From NCBI GenBank assembly GCA_951812805.1, contig CATOSZ010000001.1, positions 1,600,017 to 1,664,016 of the forward strand: a stretch of 64,000 nt of DNA, written 5' to 3'. The first letter of the stretch is position 1. Every line of letters begins with the position of its first letter. This DNA is from an uncultured Alphaproteobacteria bacterium. GTDB lineage: Bacteria > Pseudomonadota > Alphaproteobacteria > GCA-2731375. The notes under the pieces are model-generated. The model worked only from the letters and a program-made list of their open reading frames with translations, did not search any database and was not told the DNA's origin. The position numbers and the translations under genes are program-made. Positions 1-9,355 of the stretch are shown here, piece by piece.

Positions 1-368
1 ACGGCCCCGACGCTCGCCAGCAGGCCGAACAGGCCCCAGACCTCGCTCGCCTCGCCGATGAACAGCCAGCCGAAGGCGAAGATCAACGCCGGCACGAAGG
101 TCACGACGGCCGCGACGCCTTCGCGGCTGAGCCAGGAGGAACGCCATTGCGTCAGCGCGCGCCAGGCCCGTTCCGGGTGGCCGAGATGGAAGGTGGAGGA
201 GACCAGGCCGGCGGCGATGAACAGCAGGGCGACGAACATCGCCGGTGCGACGAAACCCGGCCGGTCGCTCAACAGCTGCAACGGGCCGAACAGGCCGAGC
301 CAAGCCAGCATGCCGTAGCCCATGCCGGAAACGGTGGTGAAGAAGATGATGGATGGCGCGGGATTCAT
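1..368 (-). CDS. soeC: Sulfite dehydrogenase SoeC / DmsC-like membrane anchor subunit (3' end runs off the window)
   Basis: Manual translation from ATG at 368: MNPAPSIIFFTTVSGMGYG...SSTFHLGHPERAWRALTQWRSSWLSREG (DmsC-family motif); directly downstream of soeB. Confidence 0.85.
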   Translation of the reverse strand, partial: MNPAPSIIFFTTVSGMGYGMLAWLGLFGPLQLLSDRPGFVAPAMFVALLFIAAGLVSSTFHLGHPERAWRALTQWRSSWLSREGVAAVVTFVPALIFAFGWLFIGEASEVWGLFGLLASVGA

Positions 369-378
369 GGGCGGACAC

Positions 379-1113
379 TCAGGCCGAGAGGAGACGATCG
401 ATCCAGCCGAGGACGCCGCCGGGGCTTTCGGCGTCGGCAAGGACTTCATCGCCACCCTCGCCGCCCTTGCGGGCCGGACGGGGCGGCAGATACTTGTTGG
501 TCGGCGCGCAGCCCATCTCCGGCATCAGGTCGTAGCCGCCACGCTCGCGCGTGAGGCGCGAGACGTCGGAGTCGGGATCGTTGAAGTCGCCGTAATGGCG
601 GGCGTTTGCCGGACAGGTGGAAACACACGCGGGCACCCGTTCCACCTCTTCCAGGTTCTCGTTGTAGATCCGGTCGATGCAGAGGGTGCATTTCTTGATG
701 ACGCCGGCACTGGCGTCATATTCGCGCGCACCGTAGGGGCAGGCCCACGAGCAGAGCTTGCAGCCGATGCAAAGGTCCTCGTCGACCAGGACGATGCCGT
801 CCTCGGCCCGCTTGTAGCTGGCACCGGTCGGACAGACCGTGACGCAGGGGGCGTCGTCGCAATGCAGGCAGGACCGCGGAAAATAGACCGTCCGGCCGGC
901 GGCCCCTTCGCCGGCCTCGAAGGCGTGTACCCGGTTGAACCAGATGCCGTCCGTGCCGGCCGCGTAGGGCTGCTCGTCGGTCAGGGGCGCGTGATAGCCG
1001 CCGGTATTCCATTCCTTGCAGTTCACCGCGCAGGCGTGACAGCCGACGCAGGTGTCCAGGTCGATGACCAGGCCCAGCCGTTTCTCAGGCGCGCGCTCGG
1101 GAAGATCCGTCAT
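379..1113 (-). CDS. soeB: SoeB, 4Fe-4S dicluster subunit
   Basis: DLDTCVGCHACAVNCKEWN, SCLHCDDAPCVTVCPTGA, CIGCKLCSWACPYGA and KCTLC motifs; start placed at MTDLP, just after the soeA stop. Confidence 0.88.
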   Translation of the reverse strand: MTDLPERAPEKRLGLVIDLDTCVGCHACAVNCKEWNTGGYHAPLTDEQPYAAGTDGIWFNRVHAFEAGEGAAGRTVYFPRSCLHCDDAPCVTVCPTGASYKRAEDGIVLVDEDLCIGCKLCSWACPYGAREYDASAGVIKKCTLCIDRIYNENLEEVERVPACVSTCPANARHYGDFNDPDSDVSRLTRERGGYDLMPEMGCAPTNKYLPPRPARKGGEGGDEVLADAESPGGVLGWIDRLLSA

Positions 1114-1114
1114 C

Positions 1115-4006
1115 TCAATTCCTCCGCCGGCGGAAATCGGCACCGTAATCCAGTCGGCCGACGCGGCCGCCGACACTCGGCGGCGGGGTCAGCGGCGCGG
1201 GCTTTGGCGACGTTTCGTCGCCCTCGCCCTCGCCCGCCTTCACGATCCGGATCCTGAGGTCGTACCAGGCCGCCTGACCGGTCACCGGATCGGCCAGGCC
1301 GTAACGGTGACCGCTTTCGTCCGCCGGCAACAACTCGTCGATGATGTGGTTCAACAGGAACCCCTCGCGCGCTTCCGGCGCGTTCGGGTCCAGGTTCCAG
1401 GCGCCGGCCCGCTTGCCGATGGCGTTCCAGGTCCACACCGTATCGGCGTTCACCCCCTCCATCAGCTTGGCCCGGGCCTTGACCCGGCCATGCCGGCTGA
1501 TCAGCCAGACCCAGTCCCCCTCGCCGATCCCCATGGCGCCGGCGCGCCCGCGTGGCAGGTAGATCGCGTTGGCGGCATGGATCTGCCGCAGCCATGCGTT
1601 CTGCGAGCCCCAGGAATGGTACATCGCCGCCGGACGCTGGGTGATCGCGTGGAAGGGATATTGTTCCAGGTCCTCGCTCGCCTGCTCCTCCAGCGGCGGG
1701 TACCAGATCGGCAGGGGATCGAAGTAGCGTTCGACCCGTTCGCGATGCCGATCGGGCGGCTGCACGGGACCATGGCCCCGGGCCGCTTGGCGGAAGCCGG
1801 CCAGGACCTCGCTATAGAGCTGCAGCACGATCGGCTCCGGCGCCGGGATGAAGCCGAGCCTTGCCGCCTTCTCCAGATAGGCCTTGTTGGCGTGCTTGTA
1901 ATAGCGCTCGTCCGGGGCCAGCTCGTGGCGCCAGAAGCACTGGTTGTCGATATAGGCCTGCAGCTGGTCCGGGTTGACCTCGCCCTTGCCCTCCGATTTG
2001 CCGTCGACGCCGCGGAAGCCGGCGAGCGAGCCGACGCCCGGCGTGCGTTCGTGATTGACGATATAGTCGGAATATCCGCCCGGATAGCGCGCCTTGCCCT
2101 CCTCCGTCGTCATCCCCGGCAGGCCGAGGCGGAAGCCGAGGTCGAGCAGGACGTCCTGGAAGGGACGCACGTCGCGGTCGGGCCGGAGCACCGGCTGGCG
2201 GATGGCGTCCGCCGCCCCGTCGGCGCCCGAGATCGGCCGGTCGAGCATCGAGATGCAGTCCCAGCGCTCGAGATAGGTCGTATCGGGCAGGATGATGTCG
2301 GCATAGGCCACCATCTCGGAATAGAAGGCGTCGACATAGAGGATCCGGGGGATCTTGTACTCACCGGTGTCCGGGTCCTTGTCGGTCAGCATCTCCGCGG
2401 TGCCGGTGGTGTTCATCGCCGAGTTCCAGGCCATGTTGGCCATGAACATGAAGAGCGTGTCGATTTTGTAGGGATCGCCCTTCCAGGCGTTGGTGATCAC
2501 CCGGTGCATGATGCCGTGGGCGGAGATCGGCGCCTCCCAGGAGAAGGCGTGATCGATCCGCCGCGGCGTGCCGTCCGCCTCGACCAGCAGATCCTCGGGC
2601 CCGAAGGTGAAGCCGAGCGGCGGGCCACCCATGGGCGAGCCGGCGGTGACCTGGTCGGGCTTGCCCGCGGGCTTCGGCCCGGGCGGGGCCGGCTTCGGGT
2701 ACGGCGGCTTGTAGCGAAAGCCGCCCGGCACGTCGATCGAGCCGAGCAACATCTGCAGCAAATGCAGGGCCCGGGTCGTATGGAAGCCGTTCGAATGGGC
2801 CGAGACGCCGCGCATGGCATGCATCGATACCGGGCGGCCGATCATCTTCTCGTGCCGGTGTCCGGTCCAGTCGGTCCAGGGCTGGTCGATCTCGATCTGT
2901 TCCTCGAAGGCGACCCGGGCCATCTCGGCGGCGATGCGCTGGATCGTCGCCGCGTCGATGCCGATTTCCCGTGCGACCTTCTCCGGCGCGTATTTGGCGT
3001 CGAGATAGCGTTCCGCCATCAGCTGGAAGGCCGGCACCGCCCGCCGCCCGTCGGCGAGCGTGACTTCGCCCTTGAGCGCCGGCGCCACGCCGGGCGCGCG
3101 TGCATTGGCCTCGGCGTCCGCGTTGCGGTCCCAGCACAGCGGGTTGCCGTCCCCGTCGCGGGCGAACAGCCCGTCCTCGGCCCCGCCCTCGTCGCGGATC
3201 ACCAGCCAGGGCGCGTTGGTATAGCGGATGAGATAGTCGACATCGACCTTACCGGCACGCAGCAGCTCATGCGCGAGGGAGAGCGCGAACAGTCCGTCGC
3301 GGCCGGGCCGGATCGGCAACCATTCGTCGGCGATCGCCGAATAGCCGGTGCGCACCGGATTGACCGAGATGAACTTGGCGCCCCGCGCCTTCAGGGTGGC
3401 GAGGCCGGTCTTGATCGGATTGCTGTCGTGATCCTCGGCGACGCCGAACATGATGAAATACTTGCTCTGTTCCCAGTCCGGCTCGCCGAACTCCCAGAAC
3501 GAGCCGCCGATGGTGTAGAGGCCGCCGGCCGCGATGTTGACGGAACAGAAGCCGCCGTGTGCGGCATAGTTGGGCGTGCCGAACTGGCTCGCCCACCAGC
3601 CGGTCAGGGCCTGGCTCTGGTCGCGGCCGGTGAAGAAAGCGAGCTTGCGGGGATCGTCCTTGCGGATTTCGCCCAACCACTCACTGGCCGTGGTCAAGGC
3701 CTCCTCCCACTCGATTTCCTTGAACTCCCCGCTGCCGCGCGGCCCGACGCGCTTCAGCGGTTTGGTCAATTTCGCCGGCGAGTTCTGGTGCATGATCCCG
3801 GCCGAACCCTTGGCGCAGAGCACGCCCTTGTTGACCGGATGATCGCGGTTGCCCTCGATATAGCGGATTTGCCCACCCTTCAGGTGAACCTTGATGCCGC
3901 AACGGCAGGCGCACATGTAGCAGGTCGTGTACTTCACCTCGTCCGATACATGCGGAGAGGTTTCCGCGGGCGCCGCAGGATGCGCCCAGCTTGCCGTTGA
4001 CGCCAC
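1115..4006 (-). CDS. soeA: SoeA, molybdopterin sulfite:quinone oxidoreductase catalytic subunit
   Basis: TTCYMCACRCGI Fe-S motif, FFTGRDQSQ, AAHGGFCSVN, YHSWGSQNAWLRQI; no Tat signal (cytoplasmic); soeA-B-C gene order. Confidence 0.88.
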   Translation of the reverse strand: MASTASWAHPAAPAETSPHVSDEVKYTTCYMCACRCGIKVHLKGGQIRYIEGNRDHPVNKGVLCAKGSAGIMHQNSPAKLTKPLKRVGPRGSGEFKEIEWEEALTTASEWLGEIRKDDPRKLAFFTGRDQSQALTGWWASQFGTPNYAAHGGFCSVNIAAGGLYTIGGSFWEFGEPDWEQSKYFIMFGVAEDHDSNPIKTGLATLKARGAKFISVNPVRTGYSAIADEWLPIRPGRDGLFALSLAHELLRAGKVDVDYLIRYTNAPWLVIRDEGGAEDGLFARDGDGNPLCWDRNADAEANARAPGVAPALKGEVTLADGRRAVPAFQLMAERYLDAKYAPEKVAREIGIDAATIQRIAAEMARVAFEEQIEIDQPWTDWTGHRHEKMIGRPVSMHAMRGVSAHSNGFHTTRALHLLQMLLGSIDVPGGFRYKPPYPKPAPPGPKPAGKPDQVTAGSPMGGPPLGFTFGPEDLLVEADGTPRRIDHAFSWEAPISAHGIMHRVITNAWKGDPYKIDTLFMFMANMAWNSAMNTTGTAEMLTDKDPDTGEYKIPRILYVDAFYSEMVAYADIILPDTTYLERWDCISMLDRPISGADGAADAIRQPVLRPDRDVRPFQDVLLDLGFRLGLPGMTTEEGKARYPGGYSDYIVNHERTPGVGSLAGFRGVDGKSEGKGEVNPDQLQAYIDNQCFWRHELAPDERYYKHANKAYLEKAARLGFIPAPEPIVLQLYSEVLAGFRQAARGHGPVQPPDRHRERVERYFDPLPIWYPPLEEQASEDLEQYPFHAITQRPAAMYHSWGSQNAWLRQIHAANAIYLPRGRAGAMGIGEGDWVWLISRHGRVKARAKLMEGVNADTVWTWNAIGKRAGAWNLDPNAPEAREGFLLNHIIDELLPADESGHRYGLADPVTGQAAWYDLRIRIVKAGEGEGDETSPKPAPLTPPPSVGGRVGRLDYGADFRRRRN

Positions 4007-4097
4007 TTACCTCTTCCTCCCGGGCTCGCGCGTGAGTGGGCCGGACTGTACCCGCCGCCGGGCGCGGCCGGCAAGGGACGTTTGTCCGGCCCGTCGC

Positions 4098-5219
4098 TCA
4101 GTCGTCTGTCGAAGTGTCGTCGCCGTCCAGGCTGCGCAGCGCAAATCCGTAGGGCGGTTGCCAGGCCGCCTTGTCCGGATCGATGCCGAGCGAATCGGCC
4201 GCATGCAGGGGCCAGTTCGGATTCCAGATTGTCGGACGGACGAGGGCCACGAGCTCACCCAACCCGTCGGAAAGCGCGGCCTCGGAATCGACGTGCCCCT
4301 CGAGGCCACCGCCCACCATCACCGGCAGGCCGACCTCGCGGCGGATGGCGCGGGCCGTCGCCGCCTGTGCGCCATCGACGATGCCGTCCCCGGCCGCGAT
4401 CGGGCTGGCCCCGGAGGCGAGATCGATCACGTCGACGCCGGCTTGTTGCAACTCGTCGGCGAAGGCAACGGAATCCGCGACCCGCCAGCCGACCCTGCCG
4501 CTATCGACCGGTGCGGCGCGATAGAACAATGGCCGATCTTCCGGCCAGGCGGACCGTACGACCTCCGCCAGTTGCACCGGGAAGCTGATACGGGATTCCA
4601 CCACGCCGCCGTATTCATCGCCGCGCTTGTTGTCCTGGGGCGAGAGGAAGGCATGCGGGATGGTGCCGCGCCCGCCGTGAATCTCCAAGACGTCGAAGCC
4701 GGCCTCCGCACCGCGCCGCGCCGCCTGTTCGTAAATGCCGAGCAGTTCCTCGAGATCCTCGCGTGCGTATTCATGCGCGAGTGGATCCGACGCCACCTCG
4801 GTCATCGCCGGGTCCATGTCCCAGATCCCGAGGTTGGCCACATAAGGATCGACATCGCCTTCGGGCTCGTCCCAGGGCCGGAGGTTCAGCATGTCGTCGC
4901 CCCGGCAGGTCAGCTGGAGACCGACGGCCACCCCTTGCTGGTGTAGGAAATCCGTCAACCGGCGCAGCGCCACGATCTGCTCGTCCTGCCAAATGCCCAC
5001 CGCGCCTTGGAACATGCGGCCTTGCCGAGAGATGGCCGCCGCCTCGAGAAAGACGAGGGCCGAACCGCCGGCGGCGATCCGGCTCAGATGCGTCAAATGC
5101 CAATCACCGACCGTGCCGGCGACAGCCGAATAGGTCGCCATCGGTCCGAAAACGATACGATTGTCGAGGGTCAGGCCGCGAATCTCCAGCGGCGAGAACA
5201 GTTGTGGATCCCCGGGCAT
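4098..5219 (-). CDS. NADH:flavin oxidoreductase / Old Yellow Enzyme family (YqjM-like) with degenerate active site
   Basis: LFSPLEIRGLTLDNRIV, GFDVLEIH, FLSP..NKRGDEYGG motifs; the usual HxxHGY motif reads HGGRGT. Confidence 0.8.
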   Translation of the reverse strand: MPGDPQLFSPLEIRGLTLDNRIVFGPMATYSAVAGTVGDWHLTHLSRIAAGGSALVFLEAAAISRQGRMFQGAVGIWQDEQIVALRRLTDFLHQQGVAVGLQLTCRGDDMLNLRPWDEPEGDVDPYVANLGIWDMDPAMTEVASDPLAHEYAREDLEELLGIYEQAARRGAEAGFDVLEIHGGRGTIPHAFLSPQDNKRGDEYGGVVESRISFPVQLAEVVRSAWPEDRPLFYRAAPVDSGRVGWRVADSVAFADELQQAGVDVIDLASGASPIAAGDGIVDGAQAATARAIRREVGLPVMVGGGLEGHVDSEAALSDGLGELVALVRPTIWNPNWPLHAADSLGIDPDKAAWQPPYGFALRSLDGDDTSTDD

Positions 5220-5305
5220 GGCCTACTCCAGATGGGCGGCGCGTCGCTAATCCCAACGAGCCTAGCACACCTGTGCCCCGGCGGGCCATGGAGAGTGTGA
5301 GAAAT

Positions 5306-6742
5306 CAGCAGTTCTCATTATGGCTCTTGTTTCTGTCTCCTGGGTGATACTCGCTTGGGGTTCGGTTTCGGTTCAGAGGCTGGCTCTGGCAGGCGGTGGC
5401 TGCCCAGTGATGAGGGTCCGCACGAGGGCCGCCCAGGAGGGGAAGACGATGTAGCTGGTAATGGTGCGTAAGTGTTCGAAGAAGCGCCGACGTGAGCCAA
5501 GGGCGCCGCGGGCCTTTTCCCAGACGGCTTCGAGGATCTCGCACACGCCGTGGCAGGCGAAGGCGAAGAGGTTCATGGTGGCGAGCAGGGCCGAGAGGTT
5601 CTGTTTGCCATGTCCGAAGTTGTGCTCGAGATTGTAGCCGTTGTTCTTGAGCACGTTGAAGGTCTCGTTCTCGATCTTCCAACGGGCCCGCCCGCAGGCG
5701 GCGAGTTCGGCGACGTTGCTCCGGTCGACAGCGATGTCGGTGACGAAGCTGTTGCGGTACGTGACCTTTCCGGCCTTGTTGACGATCTCGATGTTGAGCC
5801 AGTTGACCCGGAGCGCGTCCTTACCGTCGCGGATCGGCACGTCGGCGAGCCAACGGTAGCGATGGGTCTGGAAGCCACGGCCTTTCTTGACCCGTTCCTC
5901 GTGGATCGGCAGTTCGATGCCGTCGAGCCATTCGTGGAGCGTCGGATGCGAGCCTGGCTTGGCGACGAACAGGAAGTTGCCGCCAACCGCTTGAACGGCC
6001 TCGCAAATCGGCTGGCGGGAATAGAGATCGTCGCCGAGATAGATCGGCTTCAGCCGGGCCAGGCCGGGCCCGTGCGCGACCAGCCAGCGCCGCGTCGCCC
6101 GGCTTTCGCAGTCCTGCTTCTCCCCGCCATCCTGGGGAACGACGAACTCCGGAGCCAGCGGTATCGCCCGGGCGTGGCCCGGGGCGACAAGCGCTGCCGT
6201 GACCATGTTGTGGTGATACTCCACGGCCCCGTCGTTGCGCTTGCGCTGCGAGCAGTTGGGGCAGGAGATCTTCCGCGAGCAGAAATATTCGGTGCCGTCG
6301 AGCGCGACCAGGAGATGGCCGTCCAGGCGTCGGAAGGGGCCGAGCCCACCGCCCGCCTCCAGACGTTCCAGCAGGGACGAGAAGAGCGGATAGAGCCTGT
6401 CCGGCACCACCGGGTCCAGCATCGCCCGGATCTGGTTGTCCGTCGGGATCCGCGACATGGAGAACAAGCTCTCACAATTCGAGCGCCCGTGCGCCCGCGC
6501 CAACGTGCGCTGATGGGACAGGAACGAGGGGCTCTGCATGAAGAACAGCGAGAAGGCCGAAAGCCCGAAGTCGGCCATGTCATAGCGGCTGTTGCTCCCC
6601 GTCCGCTTGTCCGGGAAGGACCCGCAGAGCGAGCGCAACTCCAATATCAGGTCTTTGAGCACCTTCATCGCCACTTTGAATCAGAAACCGGGCTCCTTGC
6701 ATAGGAAAAAATCAACGCAAATCGCCAAAATGAGAATTGCTG
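5306..6742 (-). mobile_element. Insertion sequence, ISNCY-type
   Basis: 19-bp imperfect terminal inverted repeats CAGCAGTTCTCATTATGGC (5306-5324) and 6724-6742 (17/19 match) flanking a transposase; no target-site duplication visible. Confidence 0.85.
5373..6668 (-). CDS. DDE transposase (ISNCY family)
   Basis: LVALDGTEYF, KQDCE, YLGDDLY, GRARWKIENETFNVLKNNGYNLEHNFGHG. Confidence 0.88.
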   Translation of the reverse strand: MKVLKDLILELRSLCGSFPDKRTGSNSRYDMADFGLSAFSLFFMQSPSFLSHQRTLARAHGRSNCESLFSMSRIPTDNQIRAMLDPVVPDRLYPLFSSLLERLEAGGGLGPFRRLDGHLLVALDGTEYFCSRKISCPNCSQRKRNDGAVEYHHNMVTAALVAPGHARAIPLAPEFVVPQDGGEKQDCESRATRRWLVAHGPGLARLKPIYLGDDLYSRQPICEAVQAVGGNFLFVAKPGSHPTLHEWLDGIELPIHEERVKKGRGFQTHRYRWLADVPIRDGKDALRVNWLNIEIVNKAGKVTYRNSFVTDIAVDRSNVAELAACGRARWKIENETFNVLKNNGYNLEHNFGHGKQNLSALLATMNLFAFACHGVCEILEAVWEKARGALGSRRRFFEHLRTITSYIVFPSWAALVRTLITGQPPPARASL

Positions 6743-6815
6743 TCTACAGCCTGGGGGAAGTGATCCTGGGCTGAGCATCGGCTAGAATTCCCGCGATAGG
6801 CGCGATGGGTGGGGC

Positions 6816-8750
6816 ATGGTGGACGGCGGGCCGACACGGAGACTGACGACGATCCTCGCCGCCGATGTCGCCGGGTACAGCCGCCTGGTCGCCGCGGACG
6901 AGGAAGGCACACTCGCCCGGCTCGGGGACTATCGCCGCGGGCTGATCGACCCGAAGCTCGCCGGCTATCGTGGCCGCGTCGCTAACACGGCGGGCGACAG
7001 CCTGCTGATCGAATTCCCGAGCGTCGTCGACGCGTTGCGCTGCGCGCGCGAGATCCAGGCCGCCGTGGCCACCGCCAACGCCGACCTGCCGGAGGACGAG
7101 CGCCTGCACTTCCGCATTGGCCTCAACGTCGGCGACGTGGTCGAGGCGGGCGCGGACCTGCTCGGCGACGGGGTCAACGTCGCCGCCCGCCTGGAGGGCC
7201 TGGCGGAGCCGGGCGGCATCTGCCTTTCGCGCGCCGTTCGCGACCAGATCCGCGACCGCATGGACGTGTCGTTGGAGAACCTGGGCGAGGTCGAGGTGAA
7301 GAACATCGAGCGGCCCGTGCGGGCCTTCCGTGTCGCGGGGAAAGGCGCTGTGCCTCTGCCGCCTTCCGCGCCGACGGCGCGCCGCAAACTCCCGGTAGCA
7401 CTCGGTCTTCTCGTCCTTCTCGCCGTCGCGGCCGGCGGGGGCTGGTGGTGGCAGTCGGGGGCCGACGTCGCCCCCGGCGCCCCCGGCGAGGCGGTGCTTC
7501 CGCTGCCCGACAAGCCGTCGATCGCCGTGTTGCCGTTCGACAATCTCTCCGGCGACCCGGAACAGGCCTATTTCGCCGACGGCATGGCCGAAGACATCAT
7601 CACCGACCTCTCGAAACTCGACGGCCTGTTCGTCATCGCGCGCAATTCCTCGTTCCGTTATCGGGGTGGGGCGGTCGACCTGAAGGCGGTCGGGCGCGAG
7701 CTCGGCGTCAGATACGTGCTGGAGGGCTCGGTCCGCCGGGCCGGCGACGCCGTGCGGATCAACGCCCAGCTGATCGACGCGCAATCCGGCGGCCACCTTT
7801 GGGCGGATCGCTACGACGGCTCGCGGGCGAACGTCTTCGCGTTGCAGGACAAGGTGACGGCCGAGGTGGTCGCCGCGCTGGCCCTGAAACTCGATCCCGA
7901 GGCGAAGGCCCGCCTTGCCGCGCATGACGCCGGCAATCCGGAAGCCCACGACGCCTATCTCAAGGGCTGGCGGTTGATGCAGGTGGAGTCCCTGGAAAAC
8001 CTGCGTGCCGCCGAGCCCTATCTGAAGCAGGCGGTCGAGTTGGACCCGGGCCATGGCCGGGCGCATGCGGCGCTGGCATGGCTCTACTACGCCACGACCA
8101 TCATCGCGCGTGAATGGTACCCGGACTTCGGCTTCCTCTTCGCCTCCGACGCGGTCGCCCGCGCCCGCGGCCTGCTTGCCGTAGCGCTTCGCACCCCCTC
8201 CGCCTATGCGCACGGCGTCGAGGGTCGAATGCTTCGCTTTGCCTTGAAATCCGAGGACGCGCTTGCCGCGTTCGACCACGCGCTCCGCCTCAATCCCAAC
8301 GATGCCGGCACGCTCGCCTATCTCGCCGATACGCTGAACCGGCTGGGGCGGCCGGGCGAGGGGCTGGCGCATGCGGCGCGAGCACTCCGTCTCGATCCGA
8401 GGGGACCGGCCGTCTACCGGAAGGTGTTGGGGCAATTGCGCTTCGCCACCGAGGACTATGCGGGCGCGGTCGAGATCCTGGCGCCGGCGCTCCGGGACGA
8501 GCCGGACGACCTGTTCTCGCACTACTATCTGGTGGCCGCGCTCGGCTATCTCGGCCGAAAGGAAGACGCCGTGGCCGCCATCCGTCATTTCGACGAGCAG
8601 GTGGTGCCGGCCTATCTGCGGGCGGCGGACAACACGTTCAACATGGCCTGGGCACCCATGAGGGCGGGACACCTGGAACATGCCAAGTTGCTATCCAAGC
8701 GTCAGAAACAACAAATCCACGAGGGTCTGAGGCGCACCGGCGCGTTGTAG
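6816..8750 (+). CDS. Class III adenylate/guanylate cyclase + TM helix + TolB-N-like + TPR protein
   Basis: ADVAGYSRL, TAGDSLL, GDGVNVAARLE, hydrophobic helix, KPSIAVLPFDNLSGD, TPR-like C-terminus. Confidence 0.88.
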   Translation: MVDGGPTRRLTTILAADVAGYSRLVAADEEGTLARLGDYRRGLIDPKLAGYRGRVANTAGDSLLIEFPSVVDALRCAREIQAAVATANADLPEDERLHFRIGLNVGDVVEAGADLLGDGVNVAARLEGLAEPGGICLSRAVRDQIRDRMDVSLENLGEVEVKNIERPVRAFRVAGKGAVPLPPSAPTARRKLPVALGLLVLLAVAAGGGWWWQSGADVAPGAPGEAVLPLPDKPSIAVLPFDNLSGDPEQAYFADGMAEDIITDLSKLDGLFVIARNSSFRYRGGAVDLKAVGRELGVRYVLEGSVRRAGDAVRINAQLIDAQSGGHLWADRYDGSRANVFALQDKVTAEVVAALALKLDPEAKARLAAHDAGNPEAHDAYLKGWRLMQVESLENLRAAEPYLKQAVELDPGHGRAHAALAWLYYATTIIAREWYPDFGFLFASDAVARARGLLAVALRTPSAYAHGVEGRMLRFALKSEDALAAFDHALRLNPNDAGTLAYLADTLNRLGRPGEGLAHAARALRLDPRGPAVYRKVLGQLRFATEDYAGAVEILAPALRDEPDDLFSHYYLVAALGYLGRKEDAVAAIRHFDEQVVPAYLRAADNTFNMAWAPMRAGHLEHAKLLSKRQKQQIHEGLRRTGAL

Positions 8751-8759
8751 GCGCGGTCG

Positions 8760-9248
8760 CTAGAGCCTGCCGCCCTTCAGCCATTTCAGTTGCCAGCGGC
8801 CGTCCTGGGCCTCGGCTTCGAAGGCGAAGACCACGGTGCCCGCCTCGAAGCCGGCGCGCACCGTGCCGCCGCCCCACATCCAGCCGTCGCCCTGCTGGAA
8901 CTCGAATCCATCGAGGCCCTCGTAGGTGACGAGTTTGCCGAGCCCCCGCCAGCGCGCCAGCAGCTTTTCGCCCTCGGCCTGGTCCAGGCTCTCGCGGAAT
9001 ATCGGATTGGCGAAGGAATCGAAGGCGTCGGCGGTCCAGCCGTCGGCCGCCACGCTTTCGAACATCGGCTCGAGGAAGAGATCCAGCCGGGCCCGCTCCT
9101 CGGCAGCACCACTGAGCGCGACGACGAAGAGGGCGACGGCGCCGGCCAGCCCGAGCACCGGTGCGGCGACGAGGGCCGCGACCACCAGCTTCGCCTTGCC
9201 GCCGAGCGCCCGCCAGAAACCGCCGATACCCTTGCCGTCGCCCGCCAT
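8760..9248 (-). CDS. Hypothetical membrane-anchored protein
   Basis: N-terminal hydrophobic segment, host-like codon usage, fills the gap between convergent genes. Confidence 0.55.
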   Translation of the reverse strand: MAGDGKGIGGFWRALGGKAKLVVAALVAAPVLGLAGAVALFVVALSGAAEERARLDLFLEPMFESVAADGWTADAFDSFANPIFRESLDQAEGEKLLARWRGLGKLVTYEGLDGFEFQQGDGWMWGGGTVRAGFEAGTVVFAFEAEAQDGRWQLKWLKGGRL

Positions 9249-9355
9249 CGTACGGCCCCCGCCATTGTCCCCGACCGCGAGGGTCCCCCGGGCAGCCGGC
9301 ATCGTCAAGCCGTCGCGCGATTGACGCCGAATGCGAAACGACGGGATGATGTCGC

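Noticed and set aside
1052..4000. Long antisense ORFs (e.g. 1052..4000, 32265..35189, 15304..17367)
   Set aside because: Shadow ORFs typical of high-GC coding DNA, opposite clearly identifiable genes
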